Assembly (NCBI RefSeq): GCF_000253055.1 | Contig: NC_016070.1 | Span: 1,410,001 to 1,442,000, forward strand | Direction: 5' to 3' | DNA: 32,000 bases | Origin: Thermoproteus tenax Kra 1 | Lineage (GTDB): Archaea > Thermoproteota > Thermoprotei > Thermoproteales > Thermoproteaceae | Shown: piece by piece, positions 28,166 to 32,000 of the stretch | How the letters are laid out: every line of letters begins with the position of its first letter | Position numbering within the stretch: position 1 is the stretch's first letter | Made by a program: the position numbers and the translations under genes | The notes under the pieces: model-generated | Databases searched by the model: none | What the model saw: only the letters and a program-made list of their open reading frames with translations | Told to the model about the DNA's origin: nothing

Positions 28166-29527
28166 ATGTCTTGGAGCGTCTTAGAGACCTTACGCAACAG
28201 CCCGGATACCATGAGGAACGTGTTGAGGGCTCGCCGGATGGATCCGTCGTTGGTGGACAACTTTCTAGAGCTGGACTCAAAGTGGAAGAATCTCAAGAGG
28301 GAGATCGACGAGTTGAGACATCAACACAACGTGCTTTCCAGGGAGATCTCTAAGGCATCCCAACAAGATAGGGCGACCTTGGTAGAGAAGGCCAAGGAAA
28401 CAATAGCGAGAATCGAGAGACTGGAGGCGCAGTTGAAAGAGATAGAGCTAGAGAGGGACAGAGTTCTATTCTCGTTCCCAAATCTTCTGCACGAGTCGGT
28501 CCCTATATGCCCCGAGGGCGTTGATTCGGTACCTGTAAGGTACTGGGGGACTATCAAAGTGCCCAAAGATTATTTAAACGCCGTATTGCAACTGGACCCG
28601 CGCCCTGATTACATCGTGGTGGACAAGCAGCCTGTGGGCCACGCAGATGAGGCCGAGAACGTGTTGGGGATGGTGGATACCTTAAAGGCGGGAGAGGTGG
28701 CTGGGAGCAGATTCTATTATCTATTGGATGACTTAGTGTGGTTGGACTTTGCGTTGTCTCTCTTTGCCCTCGATCGTCTGACGGCCAAGGGCTTTAAGCC
28801 TATAGTGCCGCCCTATATGCTCAAATACGATATCATAAGAAGGGTGATCGACTTCGACACCTTCAAGGACGCCATATATAAAATAGACGGCGAGGACCTC
28901 TACCTCATAGCGACAGCCGAGCACGGAATAGCTGCATATCTGTACGGAAGAGACCTCTTAGAGGGAGACCTTCCGCAACTATATGTGGGCTGGTCTCCGT
29001 GTTTCAGGAAGGAGGCTGGGGCGGGGAGCCGGGATATAAAGGGTATATTCAGAGTCCACATATTCCACAAGGTGGAGCAGTTCGTTTTCTCCGTGGCCGA
29101 GGAGTCGTGGCGTTGGCATGAAGAAATCACCAAGAACACCGAGGAGCTCATACAAGCTCTAGGCCTGCCCTATCGAGTAGTGAACATATGCGCCCACGAC
29201 CTCGGGGCGCCCGCCGCAAAGAAGTACGACGTAGAGGTCTGGTACCCCGCGCAAGGCACCTTCAGAGAACTTGCTAGTTGTTCCAATGTGACCGACTGGC
29301 AAGCCTTCAGGTTAGGTATTAGAGTGACGCGCAAAGGCATGAAGAGGGAGTACGTCCATACCCTCAACTGTACAGGCCTAGCAACCACCAGAACAATCAC
29401 TGCAATCTTGGAGAATTACCAGAGGGAGGATGGAGCCGTAGAGATACCTAAGGTTCTGAGGGGATACCTAGAGCCTATAAAGTCGGCTCCCAAGGACTAT
29501 ATACTGCCTAAAAACGCTAAAAGGTAA
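28166..29527 (+). CDS. serS: Seryl-tRNA synthetase
   Basis: Coiled-coil arm; FKPIVPPYMLKYD, IATAEHGIAAYL, GWSPCFRKEAGAGSRDIKGIFRVHIFHKVEQF; ATG at 28166 matches a TATA at about 28140. Confidence 0.96.
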   Translation: MSWSVLETLRNSPDTMRNVLRARRMDPSLVDNFLELDSKWKNLKREIDELRHQHNVLSREISKASQQDRATLVEKAKETIARIERLEAQLKEIELERDRVLFSFPNLLHESVPICPEGVDSVPVRYWGTIKVPKDYLNAVLQLDPRPDYIVVDKQPVGHADEAENVLGMVDTLKAGEVAGSRFYYLLDDLVWLDFALSLFALDRLTAKGFKPIVPPYMLKYDIIRRVIDFDTFKDAIYKIDGEDLYLIATAEHGIAAYLYGRDLLEGDLPQLYVGWSPCFRKEAGAGSRDIKGIFRVHIFHKVEQFVFSVAEESWRWHEEITKNTEELIQALGLPYRVVNICAHDLGAPAAKKYDVEVWYPAQGTFRELASCSNVTDWQAFRLGIRVTRKGMKREYVHTLNCTGLATTRTITAILENYQREDGAVEIPKVLRGYLEPIKSAPKDYILPKNAKR

Positions 29528-29578
29528 TCAGCGCTTAGATCCGTCGTCATAGATCGGCTAGCCTGATCTCATCACAAC
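29526..29578 (-). ncRNA. C/D box sRNA candidate
   Basis: Minus strand: C GTGATGA (29575-29569), guide GATCAGGCTAG, D' CCGA (29557-29554), C' ATGACGA (29550-29544), guide CGGATCTAAGCG, D CTGA (29531-29528). Confidence 0.93.
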
Positions 29579-29604
29579 ATTTATTATCGCTGTTGATAAA
29601 ATGT

Positions 29605-30114
29605 GTGCCTACTCCCCTCGAGATAGCAATTGAGGCCATAGCGGAGAGCTACTACTCTATGTTGGTCAGACTCTGCGAATGTGAGAGGCTGAGAAGGGAA
29701 TACGCGAGAGACCTAGAGCTGGCCTCTGTGGCGGACATCGTCATAAAGGCCCTCGCCGAGGAGAGGTCCGTGGAGGCAGGTCCTGTGAAGATTGAGGTTA
29801 GGCGGAGACTCTTGGGGAAGAGCGTGAGGATACTCCTCTGGGATAACGAGGCGACTCCAGACGAGCTGTTAACTAAGGTATCTCAAGCAAGGTCCAGGGC
29901 CGCTTGGCTCCAATCCGATTGTTCCGATCAAGCTCTACTAGAGCCCGTATATTCATCCAACGACAGAGAGGCGATAGAATACGCAGTCGGCCACCTAGGC
30001 GAGCTGTCCAAGGTCTGCGAGGGCACAGTCCCCCGATTGGACAGTGTAAATCTACAGGACTACGTAAAACAGGGCATACTGAGGGGGATTGAGCAGTTCT
30101 TAAAGGGGAGATGA
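29605..30114 (+). CDS. Hypothetical protein (about 169 aa) upstream of pyrH
   Basis: Overlaps the pyrH start (ATGA-type coupling); GTG at 29605 fits a TATA-like TTTATTA near 29582. Confidence 0.7.
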   Translation: MPTPLEIAIEAIAESYYSMLVRLCECERLRREYARDLELASVADIVIKALAEERSVEAGPVKIEVRRRLLGKSVRILLWDNEATPDELLTKVSQARSRAAWLQSDCSDQALLEPVYSSNDREAIEYAVGHLGELSKVCEGTVPRLDSVNLQDYVKQGILRGIEQFLKGR

Positions 30115-30770
30115 TAGCCGTAAAGCTGAGCGGCCGTATCTTCGACGACCCGGCCCTTGTGAGGGAGTATGCGACGATCCTTAGCTCGATTGAGGAGAGT
30201 CTGGCGATAATAACAGGGGGCGGAAGCACAGCCAGACGATATATAGAAGCTGCGAGGAGCATTGGGGCAAATAATTACTTTTTGGACATGATAGGGATAG
30301 AGGCCAGCAGGTTGAACGCGTGGCTTCTAGTGGCCGCCCTTGGACCAGACGTCTATCCAAGACCTGCCACCTCGTTAGAGGAGGTAGTAACTGCGCTGGG
30401 CTATAAGAGGAGGGTTGTGGTAGGCGGGCTCCAACCTGGCCAGTCTACTGCCACAGTGGCAGCCCTAGTGGCCGAGGCGGTGGGGGCAAGGATGTTAATA
30501 AACTGCGCCAACATTGATGGAGTATATGACGATGATCCATCAAAGAATCCTAACGCTAGGAAGATACCCATCGTCAAGGCGTCACAGCTAGCGGCCATGC
30601 TTAGATCCAATGCGCTACCTGGCACTTACGAGCTCGCCGACGTGTGGAGTTTAGAAGTGCTAAGACGTAGCAAGATACCCATGTATATAGTCGATGGAAG
30701 AACCCCCAACCATCTCTTAAAGGTTCTAAGGGAGGGAGCCAACCCCGGTTCCCTAGTTCTCCCCGAGTAG
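30111..30770 (+). CDS. pyrH: Uridylate kinase, archaeal type
   Basis: VKLSGRIFDDP, ITGGGSTARRYIEAAR, NCANIDGVYDDDPSKNPNARK. Confidence 0.93.
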   Translation: MIAVKLSGRIFDDPALVREYATILSSIEESLAIITGGGSTARRYIEAARSIGANNYFLDMIGIEASRLNAWLLVAALGPDVYPRPATSLEEVVTALGYKRRVVVGGLQPGQSTATVAALVAEAVGARMLINCANIDGVYDDDPSKNPNARKIPIVKASQLAAMLRSNALPGTYELADVWSLEVLRRSKIPMYIVDGRTPNHLLKVLREGANPGSLVLPE

Positions 30771-30814
30771 GCGGAGCTCTGGCGTAAAATATATATTATC
30801 TACATCATTTATTT

Positions 30815-31140
30815 CAGGGAGGGACCCCCGAGAAGGCCCATGCGGGCCCGCATGAGGGGTGCTCCAACCGCGGGGATCAGCAATATCCCATCCTGTTAAG
30901 CTCTCCAAGACCTCTACATGGATACTATGAGGAGGAACTCCGGGCAGAACATGCGGCCAGCGCTCTGTATGACCTCCTCCCCGCTCATGCTGGGCCTCCA
31001 CCGTGGGAGCCTCGCCCGCTGCCCCTCCTCGGGGTTAACTGGGGCGGGCATTATGGCGTCCTCCCGCCGGGGCCATCCGCCGTTGACCGCCGTATGGAGC
31101 GTGCCATCTAGGCCTCTCTCAGCCCTCTTCGCCGCTTCGC
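30815..31140. ncRNA. GC-rich structured island: candidate long non-coding RNA or decayed gene (strand unresolved)
   Basis: No convincing ATG-initiated ORF; bounded by AATATATATTATC and AATAAAAAATATT; many local hairpins. Confidence 0.4.
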
Positions 31141-31164
31141 AATAAAAAATATTGAGTCAATCTC

Positions 31165-31178
31165 CGCCCTATAGGGCG
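31165..31178. promoter_or_regulatory. Perfect 14-bp palindrome CGCCCTATAGGGCG, candidate operator
   Basis: Sequence is its own reverse complement; 56 nt upstream of the HTH gene start. Confidence 0.45.
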
Positions 31179-31233
31179 AGGCCTTCGGTTGTAATACATT
31201 GCTCTCGTTAAATACAGAGTTTTTCAACACGTT

Positions 31234-31710
31234 GTGAAGTTAACGGCTACAGAGCAACGGATAGTCCAGCTCTACAGCGAGGGGCTTAAGCCCAGAGAGA
31301 TAGCGAATAGGTTGGGCATTTCTATAAACACAGTCTACAAGGCGCTCTCTAAACACAGAAGAATCTCTGAGCTAGCTCAAGGGATAAGCGAAGAGGCGCA
31401 GATCCCACAGGGGGATGCTTACTACGCCGTAGTGACTCCTATATACAGCGTGTCCGCACTCTATAGTTACATCCCCGCGCCATCCCTCCAATACATCGAT
31501 GAGATAAAGAGCTTGATTAAAAGGCTTGAGGACATACTGGAGAAGCTCGAGAAGTTGGACGTCAACGCGGCTACACAGCTCTACAGCAAGAGCCCCGAGT
31601 TGCATCGGAACGCGACTGACAAGGTGACTGACAACGCTATGGCGGCGGACGGCCCCGACTTCTTGAGGCAGAACGTGTGGGTGCGCCTGTTGAGGGGGAG
31701 GGTCGGCTAG
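31234..31710 (+). CDS. Sigma-70 r4/LuxR-like HTH protein with a coiled-coil region
   Basis: LTATEQRIVQLYSEGLKPREIANRLGISINTVYKALSKHRR. Confidence 0.8.
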   Translation: MKLTATEQRIVQLYSEGLKPREIANRLGISINTVYKALSKHRRISELAQGISEEAQIPQGDAYYAVVTPIYSVSALYSYIPAPSLQYIDEIKSLIKRLEDILEKLEKLDVNAATQLYSKSPELHRNATDKVTDNAMAADGPDFLRQNVWVRLLRGRVG

Positions 31711-32000
31711 CGCGTTAATATTTTCAAGATAAGACCGTCTCTGACCTGGCTATCGGCCCCAAGCCTTCTGCCCGTTAAGGCCTCCACAGCCGACACGAAG
31801 CGCTCGCCGATCTCCGAGTGGATCATGTAGGCAACGTCGCGAGCAGTTGCATTGCCGGGCACTAATAACGCATCCGGCAAGACGTTTCCGTTCTTGTCTG
31901 CGAGCTTGTGCTCGTCCTCAACAGGGAACACAACGACGTACTTTAAGGCGTCGAAGACGGCGGCGTTTAGAGCCGTTTGAACTCCAGTGCCGCCGAACTT
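31707..32000 (-). CDS. YchF/DRG-like translation-associated GTPase, C-terminal TGS domain (partial, runs off the window)
   Basis: KFGGTGVQTALNAAVFDALKYVVVFPVEDEHKLADKNGNVLPDALLVPGNATARDVAYMIHSEIGERF, frame open through base 32000. Confidence 0.88.
   Translation of the reverse strand, partial: KFGGTGVQTALNAAVFDALKYVVVFPVEDEHKLADKNGNVLPDALLVPGNATARDVAYMIHSEIGERFVSAVEALTGRRLGADSQVRDGLILKILTR

Noticed and set aside
30929-30947. GAGGAGGAACTCCGGGC resembling RNase P CR-I
   Set aside because: Only superficially similar to the conserved sequence, and there is no ACAGAA..GGCUUA-type CR-V partner downstream.
31707-31931. Small free-standing 74-aa protein
   Set aside because: The frame is open to the window edge and encodes the C-terminal TGS domain of a larger GTPase.
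1-32000. CRISPR arrays, insertion sequences, integrated elements, toxin-antitoxin cassettes
   Set aside because: No regularly spaced repeats, transposase/integrase-like ORFs or convincing toxin-antitoxin pair were seen. The PIN protein at 11970 looks Nob1-like with no adjacent antitoxin.

Overview
This window looks like the chromosome of a hyperthermophilic crenarchaeon, most likely Thermoproteales (Thermoproteus/Pyrobaculum-like). That placement is inferred from gene content, leaderless starts and TATA boxes. It is densely packed and mostly housekeeping. Recognisable genes: T4 endonuclease V-type pyrimidine-dimer glycosylase, archaemetzincin, GDPD, MobB/MoeA, fibrillarin-Nop5, GatE, KsgA, RNase Z-like, TyrRS, DUF371, SEC59-like kinase, a PIN-only Nob1-like protein, NAD kinase, tRNA-Ser(GGA), tRNA-Leu(CAA), Mut7-C, NFACT/Rqc2, endonuclease IV-like, TruD, uL14, AhcY, B3/4 domain protein, a cDPG-synthetase-family GTPase, class II RNR, SerRS, PyrH, an HTH protein and the end of a YchF-like GTPase. 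I found no CRISPR array, transposase or recognisable defence cassette. The main items outside the ORF track are: (i) four well-formed C/D box sRNA candidates with C, D', C' and D boxes (18745-18805 -, 21445-21503 +, 24600-24655 +, 29526-29578 -), several sharing a short promoter gap with a divergent leaderless gene; (ii) two GC-rich, hairpin-rich islands without convincing ORFs (about 5738-5880 and 30815-31140); (iii) a perfect 14-bp palindrome upstream of an HTH gene; (iv) several orphan small proteins. No wholly new system is proven. The two GC-rich islands are the best places to look.
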